Source: Octopus vulgaris
Lineage: Eukaryota
Length of the DNA: 64,000 bases
NCBI GenBank assembly: GCA_951406725.2
Contig: OX597837.1
Coordinates: 4,464,001 to 4,528,000 of the forward strand
Direction: 5' to 3'
Every line of letters begins with the position of its first letter. Position 1 is the stretch's first letter. The notes beneath the pieces are model-generated. The model was not told where the DNA came from. It ran no database searches and saw nothing but the letters and a program-made list of their open reading frames with translations. Position numbers and translations under genes: made by a program. This document shows, piece by piece, positions 13,331 through 26,513 of the stretch.

Positions 13331-16300
13331 ATTTTATGTGCCACCGACACAGGTGCCAGACGAGGCTGGCGAACGGCCACGCTCGGATGGTGTTTTTATG
13401 TGCCACCGACACAGGTGCCAGACGAGGCTGGCAGACGGCCACGCTCGGATGGTGTTTTTATGTGCCACCGACACAGGTGCCAGATGAGGCTGGCGGACGG
13501 CCACGCTCGGATGGTGTTTTAATGTGCCACCGACACAGGTGCCAGACGAGGCTGGCAGACGGCCACGCTCGGATGGTGTTTTTATGTGCCACCGACACAG
13601 GTGCCAGATGAGGCTGGCGCCAAAGCACGTTGGCCAGTCTATGCGGTACTGGCTACGGCCACGTTCGGATGATTTTCTTGTGTGCCACCGGCACTGGTAC
13701 CACAAAGATACAAATTCCATTGATGTTCATCTATTTTGATTTGTTTTGATTTGATTTGATTTGATTTGATTTTCACTTGCCTCAACAGGTCTTCACAAGT
13801 GTCACAAGAAGGAAGGTATGCACAGGTGGACTGACTACGTCCCAGGTAGGGGCCACGGGTTATGGCCTGACTAGTCTTGCCGGGTCTTCGGATGGTGTTT
13901 TTATGTGCCACCGACACAGGTGCCATATGAGGCTGGCGAACGGCCACGATCGGATGGTGTTTGTTGCGTGCCCACAGCACGGAGGCCAGTCGATGCGGTA
14001 CTGGCTACGGCCACGTTCGGATGGTTTTCTTGTGTGCCACCGGCACTGGTACCACAAGATACAAATTCCATTGATGTTCATCTATTTTGATTTGATTTGA
14101 TTTGATTTTCACTTGCCTCAACAGGTCTTCACAGGTCTTCACAAGTGTCACAAGAAGGAAGGTAGGTATGCACAGGTGGACTGACTACGTCCCAAGTAGG
14201 GGCCATGGGTTATGGCCTGACTAGTCTTGCCGGGTCTTCGGTTGGTGTTTTTATGTGCCACCGACACAGGTGCCAGATGAGGCTGGCGGACGGCCACGAT
14301 CGGATGGTGTTTGTTATGTGCCCACATCATAGAGGCCAGTCGATGCGGTACTGGCTACGGCCACGTTCGGATGGTTTTCTTGTGTGCCATCGGTACTGGT
14401 ACCACAAAGATACAAATTCCATTGATGTTCATCTATTCTGATTTGGTTTGATTTGATTTGATTTGATTTTGATTTTTGATTTTCACTTGCCTCAACAGGT
14501 CTACACAAGTGTCACACACTTGCCTCAACAGGTCTTCACAAGTGTCATAAGTAGGAAGGTATGCACAGGTGGACTGACTACGTCGCCGGGTCTTCGGATG
14601 GTGTTTTTATGTGCCACCGACACAGGTGCCAGATGAGGCTGGCGAACGGCCACGATCGGATGGTTTTCTTGTGTGCCACCGGTACTGGAACCACAAGGAT
14701 ACAAATTCCATTGATGTTCATCTAATTTGATTTGGTTTGATTTTCACTTGCCTCAATAGGTCTTCACAAGTTTGGTTTGATTTTCACTTGCCTCAACAAG
14801 TCTTCACAAGTGTCACACACTTGCCTCTGCCTCAACAGGTCTTCACAAAGTGTCACACACTTGCCTCTGCCTCAACAGGTCTTCACAAGTGTCACACACT
14901 TGCCTCAACAGGTCTTCACAAGTGTCATAAGAGGGAAGGTATGCACAGGTGGACTGACTACGTCGCCGGGTCTTCGGATGGTGTTTTTATGTGCCACCGA
15001 CACAGGTGCCAGATGAGGCTGGCGAACGGCCACGATCAGATGGTGTTTGTTGTGCCCACAGCACGGAGGCCAGTCGATGCGGTACTGGCTACGGCCACGT
15101 TCGGATGCTTTTCTTGTGTGCCACCGGTACTGGAACCACAAAGATACAAATTCCATTGATGTTCATCTATTTTGATTTGGTTTGATTTGATTTTCACTTG
15201 CCTCAACAGGTCTTCACAAGGGTCACACACTTGCCTCAACAGGTCTCCACAAGTGTCACACACTTGCCTCTGCCTCAACAGGTCTTCACAAGTGTCACAC
15301 TTGCCTCAACAGGTCTTCACAAGTGTCATAAGAGGGAAGGTATGCACAGGTGGACTGACTACGTCGCCGGGTCTTCGGATGGTGTCTTTATGTGCCACCG
15401 ACACAGGTGCCAGATGAGGCTGGCGAACGGCCACGATCGGATGGTTTTCTTGTGTGTCACCGGTACTGGAACCACAAGGATACAAATTCCATTGATGTTC
15501 ATCTATTTTGATTTGGTTTGATTTTCACTTTCACTTGCCTCAACAGGTCTTCACAAGTTTGGTTTGATTTGATTTTCACTTGCCTCAACAGGTCTTCACA
15601 AGTGTCACACGTGTCACACACTTGCCTCAACAGGTCTCCACAAGTGTCACACACTTGCCTCTGCCTCAACAGGTCTTCACAAGTGTCACACACTTGCCTC
15701 AACAGGTCTTCACAAGTGTCATAAGAGGGAAGGTATGCACAGGTGGACTGACTACGTCGCCGGGTCTTCGGATGGTGTTTTTATGTGCCACCGACACAGG
15801 TGCCAGATGAGGCTGGCGAACGGCCACGATCAGATGGTGTTTGTTGTGCCCACAGCACGGAGGCCAGTCGATGCGGTACTGGCTACGGCCACGTTCGGAT
15901 GGTTTTCTTGTGTGCCACCGGTACTGGAACCACAAAGATACAAATTCCATTGATGTTCATCTATTTTGATTTGGTTTGATTTGATTTTCACTTGCCTCAA
16001 CAGGTCTTCACAAGGGTCACACACTTGCCTCAACAGGTCTCCACAAGTGTCACACACTTGCCTCTGCCTCAACAGGTCTTCACAAGTGTCACACTTGCCT
16101 CAACAGGTCTTCACAAGTGTCATAAGAGGGAAGGTATGCACAGGTGGACTGACTACGTCGCCGGGTCTTCGGATGGTGTCTTTATGTGCCACCGACACAG
16201 GTGCCAGATGAGGCTGGCGAACGGCCACGATCGGATGGTGTTTGTTGTGCCCACAGCACGGAGGCCAGTCGATGCGGTACTGGCTACGGCCACGTTTGGG

Positions 16301-16500
16301 TGGTTTTCTTGTGTGCCACCGGCACTGGTACCACAAAGAATACAATTCCACTGATGTTCATCTATTTTGATTTGTTTTGATTTGATTTTCACTTGCCTCA
16401 ACAGGTCTTCATAAGTGTCACAAGAAGGAAGGTATGCACAGGAGGACTGACTACGTTCCAGGTAGGGACCACGGGTCATGGCCTGACTAGTCTTGCCGGG
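13331..16500. repeat. Complex satellite: 62-bp units, then ~0.3-0.45 kb modules with ~30-bp subunits and a 794-bp higher-order repeat
   Basis: ATGTGCCACC at 13336, 13398 and 13460 (period 62). Matching ORF starts are offset by 794 (14905/15699, 14991/15785, 15172/15966, 15198/15992). Confidence 0.95.
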
Positions 16501-16838
16501 TCTTCTCACGCACAGCATACTTCCATAGGTCTCGGTCTCTAGACATTTCCTTAGTGAGACCTAAAGTTCGAAGGTCATGCTTCACCACCTCGTCCCAGGT
16601 TTTCCTGGGTCTACCTCTTCAACAGGTTCCCTCAACTGCTAGGGTGTAGCACTTTTGCACACAACTATCTTCAGCCTTTCTCGTCACATGACCATACCAG
16701 CGCAGCCGTCTCTCTTGCACACCACAACTGACGCTTCTTAGGTTCAACTTTTCTCTCAAGGAACTTACACTCTGACGATTATGAACACTGACATTACACA
16801 TCCATCGGAGCATACTGGCTTCATTTCTTGCGAGCTTA

Positions 16839-16840
<2 letters not shown>
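16487..16840 (-). pseudogene. RTE ORF2 C-terminal fragment with premature stop
   Basis: RNEASMLRWMCNVS...RRLRWYGHV...VEGTC*RGRPRKTWDEVVKHDLRTLGL...DRDLWK; typical RTE tail; TGA at 16619-16621. Confidence 0.88.
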
Positions 16841-16893
<53 letters not shown>

Positions 16894-17794
16894 TGCAAGG
16901 AATTTTAGCAGAAAACACCACAAAAACGCACATTTGAATTTGAATTACTTTTCTTTTCCTATAGTATTTCAATCTGAACAGATTTATTTCAAATAAGACG
17001 GTGGAACAAACACACAATAACTCGATGAGGAGGCAATGAAAAAAAAAAAATGTTTTTAAATACGCAGAAAAGTGAAAATAATTCGCCGGAACCTCATTAC
17101 TGCATTCACAACTTAACATCAGAACTGTGCAGTATCCACAATTCAGACAGCTTCATATCCGCTTCGACAAACAGCAGTTCATATTTTTATATCTACTCTA
17201 TTTCCTCTTAGTTATGGTTTTCTCACTGTTATCTTTGAAAAAGCGCAGTTTAGATTAATATATTGTATATTGTATAAAGAGATGCGAACAAATAACAAAC
17301 ACTTTACTTTTGTGAAAACGAATTTGCTACAGTATTTTAATATTCTACTGAACGTGGTACGGAATAATAATACGTCCGTTATACTTCACGTACCAATTAA
17401 AATAAAAACCCCAAACAAACACATTATATCAAGCAGGCAATATATATTTTACAAGTAGAGATCTCAGAAGGAGATTATTTGAAAATGAAGAATTATTATT
17501 AGCCAGCCGTAAATGTTAGATTTTTATAATTTCCATCAGTGTCGCTGATACTAGACCGTTTCATATAAAGAGCGGTTGCCTGTCATTTAAAGGGGGATAG
17601 AAAAGCTGAAGAGGGGTAACCCCTGATGAGCTTTTGAAATTAAACATTCCATTTTCTCTGCTACAGCAACAGAGAAATATTTTTGCGGAAACATTGCTTT
17701 TGTTTTTTCAACATGCTTTATCTTTTCCAGTCGGATTTAATTTTTCAACAAAAAAAAAAGATACATTTTTCGAACAAAGCAAAGGAAGATATTC

Positions 17795-17866
<72 letters not shown>

Positions 17867-18226
17867 ACTAAAACAAAAAAAGCAATGTTGATTAAGTGTA
17901 GTTAAAAATTTCAACTCAATACGTTACAAGACTTCGGTTCAAACGTGATATATTAAGTATACATATATATACATATATATACATATATACATATATATAT
18001 ATACATATATATATATACACAAATATATATATATATATACATATATAAATATGTGTGTGTGTGTGTGTGTGTGATTATATGTATGTTAATAGGTACACAT
18101 ACATATACATATTTGTAAATAACCGCACACTCACACATACACAGATACAGCACCCATCAAGTTGGACGTCTTTTTCATTAACTTTCAGTAAAGCTTAATA
18201 TAATTGCAGAAGTCAGCCAAATAAAA

Positions 18227-18290
<64 letters not shown>

Positions 18291-18339
18291 GTATATATAT
18301 ATATGTATATATATATATGTACATATATATATATATACG

Positions 18340-18389
<50 letters not shown>

Positions 18390-18638
18390 CCTCGGTGGAT
18401 TTTAATCAGTAGATAGCGGAGAGAGTAGAGTGTTTTGACGCTTGTTATATCACAAAGAAAGTATTTCTACACCATATTTGTTGTTGGTATTCGTGTTGAT
18501 GTCGCTCTGTTCATGTTTTGAACACAGCTGATTAAAGATAACACATATATATATTGATATTACTGGCGCATGCTGTTTAATTCTTTTAAATATTTATGGC
18601 AGATTACATCAGAGTGACGCCGAACAAGTATGCGTAAG

Positions 18639-18682
<44 letters not shown>

Positions 18683-19734
18683 GTACGTACTTATGCATGC
18701 ATGTAAGTATGCATGTATGTATATTACGTACGAACGTATATATGTGAGTATGTATGTACGTACGTATGCATGTATGCATGTTTGTATGTACATATGTAAG
18801 GGTGCATTATGTATGTTAGTATGTAAGTATGTATGTATGGATGTACGTACGTTTGTATTTATAGGTGCACGATCATATGTATTTGTGTATGTATGTATGT
18901 ATTTACATGCACGTGTGTATATAAATATATAAACATATGTAAGCACACACAAATATATATATGTATATTACATAAACGTACACCTACACACACAGACACA
19001 CACACACATATATATACATTTATATGCATGCGTGTGTAATATCTATTCATGGGCTTTTATGCATATATGTATGATTATATGAGTATACATAGTAATGTAT
19101 ATACATACACACACACACACACACACACATACACGCACACACACACACATACACACACATATATATATATATATTTGCTGTAGTTTCAGCTCATAGCTGC
19201 GGCCATGCTGATGCACTGCCGTTTTATATACACACATATTTAGAAACTTGTTGCGTAATCCTGTCTGTATACACAGGCACAATGACACACACGCACACAC
19301 ACATACACACACTCTTTCTCTCTTGTGCACACACACTCATACACGATAGCCAGCAAAAATAACTGGATCGTTAGATTGTCTAGTTAAACGCGTTCTCACC
19401 CTCCGTTAATTTGAGTAATGATCTGATTTTCAGTTGAAGGTCGATAAATAAAATACAAGCAAACATCGTCGACTCGTAGAATTACTGTAGCGTCGGGCGT
19501 GGTGCACTGCGGTATCTGTTTTGCCTTCTTTCATTATCCCCACTAAAATTTGTGATAATGTTGATTCTAAACTCGCAGCCCTTGACTTAATCTTCGACAA
19601 GATCACTGACGTGAACGAAAAGCATCCAGGCAAGGGTTACTACTCATCTTTCACGAAAACTTCAGTCATGCGGCAAGTCATACTATCTCTGTAGAGATAT
19701 GTTTGTAGACATACATAATACTTAACTGTATGAA

Positions 19735-20340
19735 GGCAACGAGCTGGTAGAAACGTAAGAACGCCGGGCGAAATGCTTAGCAGTATTTCGTCTGCCGCTA
19801 CGTTCTGAGTTCAAATTCCGCCGAGGTCGACTTTGCCTTTCATCCTTTCGGAGTCAATAAATTAAGTACCAGTTACGCACTGGGGTCGATATAATCGACT
19901 TAATCCATTTGTCTGTCCTTGCTTGTCCTCTCTGTGTTTAGCCCCTTGTGGGTAGTAAAGAAATAGAAATAGGTATTCCGTCTGCCACTACGTTCTGAGT
20001 TCAAATTCCGCTGAGGTCAACTTTGTCTTTTATCCTTTCGGGGTTGATCAAATAAGTACCAGTTACGCACTGGGGTCGATATAATCGACTCAATCCGTTT
20101 GTCTGTCCTTGTTTGTCCACTCTGTGTTTAGCTCCTTGAGGGCAGTAAAGACATAAGAAACGTTAGTATGCCAGGCGAAATGCTTAGCAGTATTTCGGGT
20201 GTCTTTATACGCGCCGAGGTCGACTTTGCCTTTCATACTTTCGAGGTCGATAAATTAAGCATCAGTTGTGTACTGAGGTCGATCTAATCGACTGGCCCCT
20301 TACCCCAAAATTTCGAGCCCTGTGCCTTGAGTAGAAAAAA
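19735..20340 (+). mobile_element. SINE family B, three tandem bodies
   Basis: GAGGTCGACTTTGCCTTTCAT-like core at ~19823, ~20013 and ~20216. Confidence 0.88.
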
Positions 20341-20433
20341 TACTTAACTATATGCATGCATGTATACACACATACACACTAATACACACACACGCGCATA
20401 CATATATATAATATGTATATCTATCTATCTTGT

Positions 20434-20795
20434 GGAGGTGTAATGGCTCAGTTGTTAGGGCAGTGGACTTACAGGCCAGAGGATCGCAGTTTCGATTCCC
20501 AGACCGGGCGTTTTAAGTGTTTATTGAGCAAAAACACATAAAGCTCAACGTGCCGAACCCTGCTGATTTCTTCGACCACAACTTTCTCTGTCTTTCTTGC
20601 TGTTTTTGTTGTACCTGTATTTCAAAGGGTCAGCCTTGTCACACTCTGTGTCACGCTGAATCTCCCCGAGAATTGCATTAATGGTACACCTGTCTGTGGA
20701 GTGCTCAGACATTTGCAGGTTAATTTCACGAGCAGGCTGTTCCGTTGATCGGATCAACTGAAACCCTCGTTGACGTAAACGATGTAGTGCCACGA
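20434..20795 (+). mobile_element. SINE with family C tRNA-like head and a different 3' body
   Basis: Head GTTTCGATTCCCAGACCGGGCG shared with 49305; the tail differs and resembles the reversed relic at 44876. Confidence 0.75.
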
Positions 20796-21335
20796 TATAT
20801 ACTTTGTACACACACACACACACATACACACATATCAGTTTCGCCTACATGAAATGTGTGTTACTGTCTCGGAGATACTTATGGTAGTTGAAATGACATT
20901 AGCGTCTATTTCTAATTCCGGTACGTGGCGATGCAATTAGCTGAACCTTGATTATAATAATGTATATATGATAATAACAATTTGATTGGCCTTCATACAG
21001 GCAAGAAGTGATAAATATTCCTCTGTCATTAATCCAATAATGCAGTATCACCTGATGAGCTGAATCAATGATGATGATCAACCGGATACCCACTGATAAT
21101 ACCGACTATACTGTAATAATCTCTGAGATACCGACTCTCATGTCAAAATCATGTGAATAGTGTAATTGCGCGTAAAACAATAATCTAATCAGAGAATTAT
21201 TGTTATTATTATTATATTTATCCTACGTTATGTCAGTATAACTATTATGTAATTTTGAAACACTGACTTTACAAGTCAATATCATTAGACGGTAGCCGGC
21301 ATGTTGAAGTAAATTTAAAAGTTATACATTGTGTG

Positions 21336-21393
<58 letters not shown>

Positions 21394-21545
21394 TATATAT
21401 ATACGCATATGTATATATATATACATATATATATACATGTATATAACTATACATATATACATATATATACATATATATATATGTATATATATATAATATA
21501 TATATGTACATATATATACATACACACACACACATATATATATAT

Positions 21546-21668
<123 letters not shown>

Positions 21669-22420
21669 TCGCTCGCAGCAAGAAATGCGCAAAGCAGGGC
21701 AGCAATATCAAGCTTCCTCATTCGCCAAATGCCACGTATCTACATATCAGACGAGGTTTCAAATGTGGTAAAGCAAACCGCATTACCTCTGCATCACCGC
21801 ATCGCTCAAACTGAAACTAAGAAATACACACACACACCAACACACACACCAACACATACACTCACACACACCATATTATACACAAACACATACACACATA
21901 TATATAGTGTATGTATTATGTATGTAGTATATTTATGCAAATAATCACGTTGCATTCATATCGCTGTGTTGTTTTTTCATGAAGTATCTGATATGTATTT
22001 TAAAGTATCACATATTTATAATGTTATATGATAGAGCGAATGAGATTGCTCTGTAAGTAAACAACACCGATATTCACTAGAGGAAGCCAGCGAATATATA
22101 TAGAAATATCAATGAAATATCTGATGTATCGACAGTGACATATATTATCAACCTGAAAGTGAATTCTTAACTATGTAGCAAAGGGAAATCCTATCTTTAC
22201 AGTTCGTAACAGAAATGGGAGGATCGGATCCTTTCTCCTTAAAAAGTTTCATATTATTTTGCGGTCATGATGACCCAGCAGTCGTGATGGTCTAACTAAA
22301 CTAGATGTAATATGAAAATATTATTTAGTGTGTGAATGACAGTGTAATATGTGATTACATTAAGAATAAAAGATGACACAATACGGATGGGGCTGTACGT
22401 GTGTGTGTGCGTTAGTATGC

Positions 22421-22457
<37 letters not shown>

Positions 22458-22544
22458 AGTATGTATTATGCATGTATGTATGTATATATACACACACACA
22501 CACACACACATATATATATGTGTGTATGTATATAAATACACACA

Positions 22545-22610
<66 letters not shown>

Positions 22611-22770
22611 TATAGAGAGAGAGGTTATGAGGGGTAATGGTGTCAGCAAGACCCAAAGATGTCAGGTAATCCTGAGTAAGTGCTATGGATAGACCATAGT
22701 TAAGCTCCAGGTTCGGTGCTTATGCGAATAAGGAGTACAACGTAGGTCATATATCAGTGTGTGTATATAT

Positions 22771-23188
22771 ACTCTTTATTCTTTACTCTTTTACTTGTTT
22801 CAGTCATTTGACTGCGGCCATGCTGGAGCACCGCCTTTAGTCGAGCAAATCGACCCCGGGACTTATTCTTTGTAAGCCCAGTACTTATCCTATCGGTCTC
22901 TTTTGCCGAACCGCTAAGTGACGTGGACGTAAACACACCAGCATCGGTTGTCAAGCAATGCTAGGGGGACAAACACAGACACACAAACATATACACACAC
23001 ACACTTATATATATATACATATATACGACAGGCTTCTTTCAGTTTCCGTCTACCAAATCCACTCACAAGGCATTGGTCGGCCCGAGGCTATAGCAGAAGA
23101 CACTTGCCCAAGATGCCACGCAGTGGGACTGAACCCGGAACCATGTGGTTGGTAAGCAAGCTACTTACCACACAGCCACTCCTGCGCC
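22771..23188 (-). mobile_element. SINE family A, full length
   Basis: Reverse complement of family A; ends CCTGCGCC. Confidence 0.93.
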
Positions 23189-23250
23189 TTTTTTTTTTCA
23201 GAATGAGATAAAAAACCAAGACTGTGGATTTTAGAACATTTATAAATGAA

Positions 23251-23377
23251 AGGTCTTATAGCTGTTTCCAGGATATTTATTTTATCCCTTCATCGGAGAC
23301 CGTGTGAGAAAATGGTTTTCTCACACCGTCTCCGATGTAGGGATATGATAAATATTCTTGAAACAGCTGTAAGACCT
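23251..23377. ncRNA. Palindrome of two divergent hammerhead-like motifs (U4C core variant)
   Basis: Minus 23252-23301: GGTCT CCGATGA AGGGATA..TATCCT G GAA ACAGCTAT A AGACC. Plus 23328-23375: GTCT CCGATGT AGGGATA..TATTCT T GAA ACAGCTGT A AGAC. Confidence 0.65.
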
Positions 23378-23394
23378 ATTTGTTATCTTATTCT

Positions 23395-23454
<60 letters not shown>

Positions 23455-23460
23455 TATATA

Positions 23461-23629
23461 GGCGCAGGAGTGCCTGTGGTAAGTAGCTTGTTTACCAAAC
23501 ACATGGTTTCGGGTTCAGTCCCACTGCGTGGCACCTTGGGCAAGTGTCTTCTACTATAGCCTCCGGCCGACGAAAGCCTTGTGAGTGGATTTGGTAGACG
23601 GAAACTGAAAGAAGCCCGTCGTATATATG

Positions 23630-23693
<64 letters not shown>

Positions 23694-23907
23694 TGTGTGT
23701 TTGTGTGTCTGTGTTTGTTCCCTAGCATTGCTTGACAACCAATGCTGGTGTGTTTATGTCCCCGTTACTTAGCGGTTCGGCAAAAGAGACCGATAGAATA
23801 AGTACTGGGGTTACAAAAGAATAAGTCTCGGGGTCGAGTTGCTCGATTAAAGGCGGTGCTCCAGCATGGCCGCAGTCAAATGACTGAAACAAGTAAAAGA
23901 GTAAAAG
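23461..23907 (+). mobile_element. SINE family A, full length
   Basis: GGCGCAGGAG start; GTAAAAGA tail. Confidence 0.93.
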
Positions 23908-23916
23908 AAAAGAAAG

Positions 23917-23973
<57 letters not shown>

Positions 23974-24407
23974 TTCGCTGTTATCCATATATACCTATCC
24001 CCAAATTACTGGCCTCGTACCAAAATTTAAAACCAATATTTGTAGTAGGTAATCTCAATTTGCGTTCTCTGTAATTGTTTTTGTGTGTATTTGTTATTTG
24101 TACAAACTAATGGATCTCAAATATTATCTGCTAATCGTCTTACTGCATCTTCTTATATTTGGTCATGTAATTTTATCTCTAGATAGCACTGCCTAGATTA
24201 TATTTACTTAACGTTCTATGAAAGCTGACTTCAAAACCAATTAGATAAGAAAATATTGGCCTCCGTGTAAACCAGGGGATTTTCAACCGTTTTTTTTTTA
24301 TCAATGGATTATTTCGATTTTATTCTGGTTGACCCCCATAGCCATACGATGATTAAAAACTAGTTTTATTGAAACTTCTTTCAAAATTTCCTATTTTGTT
24401 TTTCACA

Positions 24408-24860
24408 TATTGGGTTGTACGGAAAGTTCGAGCCGATTTTTAAAGGAAAGAAAAAAGGTCAATAAATACTTGCCATTACATTTTTAATCAACCAAATATG
24501 AACCACTTTGTTTCATAATGTGTCTCCATCTTTCCTTCAATTTGAAAATACCCTCTTCCCAGAATTGGGGTGGTTTCACAGCAAAGAATTTATCAAGGTA
24601 TCTTTTTACGTCATCCAAGGAATTGAATTTTTTACCATTAAGACTATTCTGCAGAAATCTGAATAAGTGGAAATACGAAGGAGCAATATCTGGTGAATAT
24701 AGAGGGTGGGGGTAACACATCCCAGCCTAGCTGCAGCAATTTTTGTCTGGTTCCCAAAGCATCAAGTGCCGAAAATGAACTTTCTTATCTTCCATTTTAA
24801 AGGGTTACAGAATTAACACAGATTATAGGAACATAAACCTTCTTCCACGAAAAGATAGCT
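24408..24860 (-). pseudogene. Internally deleted mariner transposon relic
   Basis: HPLYSPDIAPSYFHLFRFLQNSLNGKKF...FWEEGIFKLKERW (mariner YSPDLAP motif). N-terminal ATGGAAGATAAG...CATTTTCGGCAC near 24770-24795. TA+TTGGGTTG TIR-like end at ~24408. Confidence 0.88.
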
Positions 24861-24861
24861 A

Positions 24862-25275
24862 AACATAGAGGGGACAAACAAGGACAGACATAGGTATTAA
24901 GTCGATTACATCGACCCTGTGCGAAACTAGTACTTAATTTATCGAACCCAAAAGGATGAAAGACAAAGTCTACCTCGGCGGAATTTGAACTCAGAATGCA
25001 ACGACAGACGAAATACCGCTTTCGCCCGGCGCGCTAATGTTTCTGCCACCTTGCCGCCTAAGCCTTTCAACTATAAGTACAATGCCTGAAATTTGAAGGT
25101 GGGGACTAATCGATTATATCCACTTTAGTGCTCAACTGGAACTTAATTTATCGACATCGAGATGATTAAAGGCAAAACAGACCTCGCTGGAATTTGAACT
25201 CAGAACGTAAAGATGGACGAGATTCCAGTAGGCATTTCGTCGGGCGTGTTAACGATTCTTCCAGCTCGCAGCCTT
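24862..25275 (-). mobile_element. Two SINE family B copies (second degenerate)
   Basis: GGAATTTGAACTCAGAA at ~24980 and ~25189. Confidence 0.8.
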
Positions 25276-25339
25276 AAACATATGTGTAATAATACAACAA
25301 TACAAATAGAGAGATAATAAGTTATTGGGAAGAATGGTA

Positions 25340-26010
25340 AGGACGATGTTATGTGTATAAGATATATTAGAGTTTAGAATATAAGTTAGCAATGCAGTAA
25401 TTTAAATGATGCAATCATTACTTTGAACGGAAACATGAGTGAAGAAACAAGCTAAGGGAGTTGGATTTGGTGTGGACGACAGAGAGAAAAATAATTATAA
25501 TTGGATAGGTGTATTGGAGTGAAATTGCAGCTTTGGAAAGAAAAGATCGTGACAGTAATACTAACGTATGCCTTGGTTTCAGATTAAGTGCAGATGTAGA
25601 GGTGTAGAGGTTTATGAAGTGCTAAAAGCAACGGAAAATATTCAATCAAAATAGGTAGCAATCATGGGGGATTTTAAAATCAAAAACGAAAAAAGGAGAA
25701 AATAGAAATAAAAGGGAGACAACATAATTAAGAGTTTTGGTGATGGAGAAAGAAAAGATAAAGGGCAATTGTCGTTGGATGTTATTGGGAAGGAAATCAG
25801 TGACTGGAAGCACTTGGTTGAAGAAAAGTAAGAATGTTTATTTGACAAAGGTTAGTTCAAACTGTCAAGTGAGAAATCAGGTTTTATCTTAACTTGACAA
25901 ATACTTATAATTCAGGAGTGTGGGGTTATCAAGAGAATAGATATCGGCTGTAGCCATAAAACGGTAGCTCGCAAAAATTGAAATAAACTGTAAATTAGTT
26001 AGATTTCAGA
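25340..26010 (+). pseudogene. Highly decayed LINE AP-endonuclease domain (RTE-like)
   Basis: Motifs in order across frames: KGVGF, VILTYA, FYEVL, IMGDFK, FGDGERKDKG, DIGCSH (cf. GVGF / YAP / GDFN / SDH). Confidence 0.6.
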
Positions 26011-26069
26011 TTATGGATAACAAGCAAAAGGAAACGAAAAGGAAGCAAAACAAAGAAAAATCACAGGGG

Positions 26070-26230
26070 TATGAATGGGTATGTGCTCAAGAAGCTTTCT
26101 TTGCAACCCTGTAGCTGCAGGTTCAGTTCCTCTCCGCGGCACTTTTGGGCAACTTTATTCTGCTACAGCCCCAGGGCAATCAATAGCTTCTGAGTGAACT
26201 TGGAGAATGTTTGGAAGCACGTTGTTCCCC
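26070..26230 (+). mobile_element. Degenerate SINE family A head
   Basis: GGTTCAGTTCC...TTGGGCAAC...CTACAGCCCCAGGG. Confidence 0.55.
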
Positions 26231-26315
26231 GACGTATATATACACATACATAATGATATATATATAGGTATGTGTGTGCGTGTGTGTAGAGTGTTAGGTA
26301 TGATGTACTGAATTG

Positions 26316-26511
26316 TATATTGAGAAAAATTCGTCAGAATTTTGGAAAAAGATCCTTTTATTTCTTTATTATGACCCGGGTTTCTGGGTTATTAACTCGT
26401 CTTCAGGTTGACACAAGCTCATAACGGGTCTATACCCAGAAACTCGAGTCATTATAATGAAGAAATAAAATGATTGTTCCCAAAATTCTGACGACATTTT
26501 CTCTCAATATA
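26316..26511. mobile_element. Fold-back element with two divergent degenerate hammerhead motifs
   Basis: Minus 26373-26406: CTGAAGA CGAGTTAATAACCCA GAA ACCCGGGT C. Plus 26418-26450: CTCATAA CGGGTCTATACCCA GAA ACTCGAGT C. Each is followed by AATAAA. Confidence 0.7.
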
Positions 26512-26513
26512 TA

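Larger units (their letters stand above)
13163..16840 (-). mobile_element. 5'-truncated RTE-clade LINE with (GAT)n tail and expanded 3'UTR
   Basis: (ATC)n at 13163 on the + strand; ORF C-terminus at 16487-16840; related 3' ends at 29344 and 30655. Confidence 0.85.

Noticed and set aside
13331-16500. CRISPR-like array or repeat-protein gene
   Set aside because: No unique spacers and no cas genes; eukaryotic context; lies in a LINE 3'UTR with frame-breaking unit lengths.
19491-19690. Possible + strand exon (RRAWCTAV...KHPGKGYYSSF) after CTGTAG
   Set aside because: No canonical donor or recognisable homology; it would need RNA-seq support.
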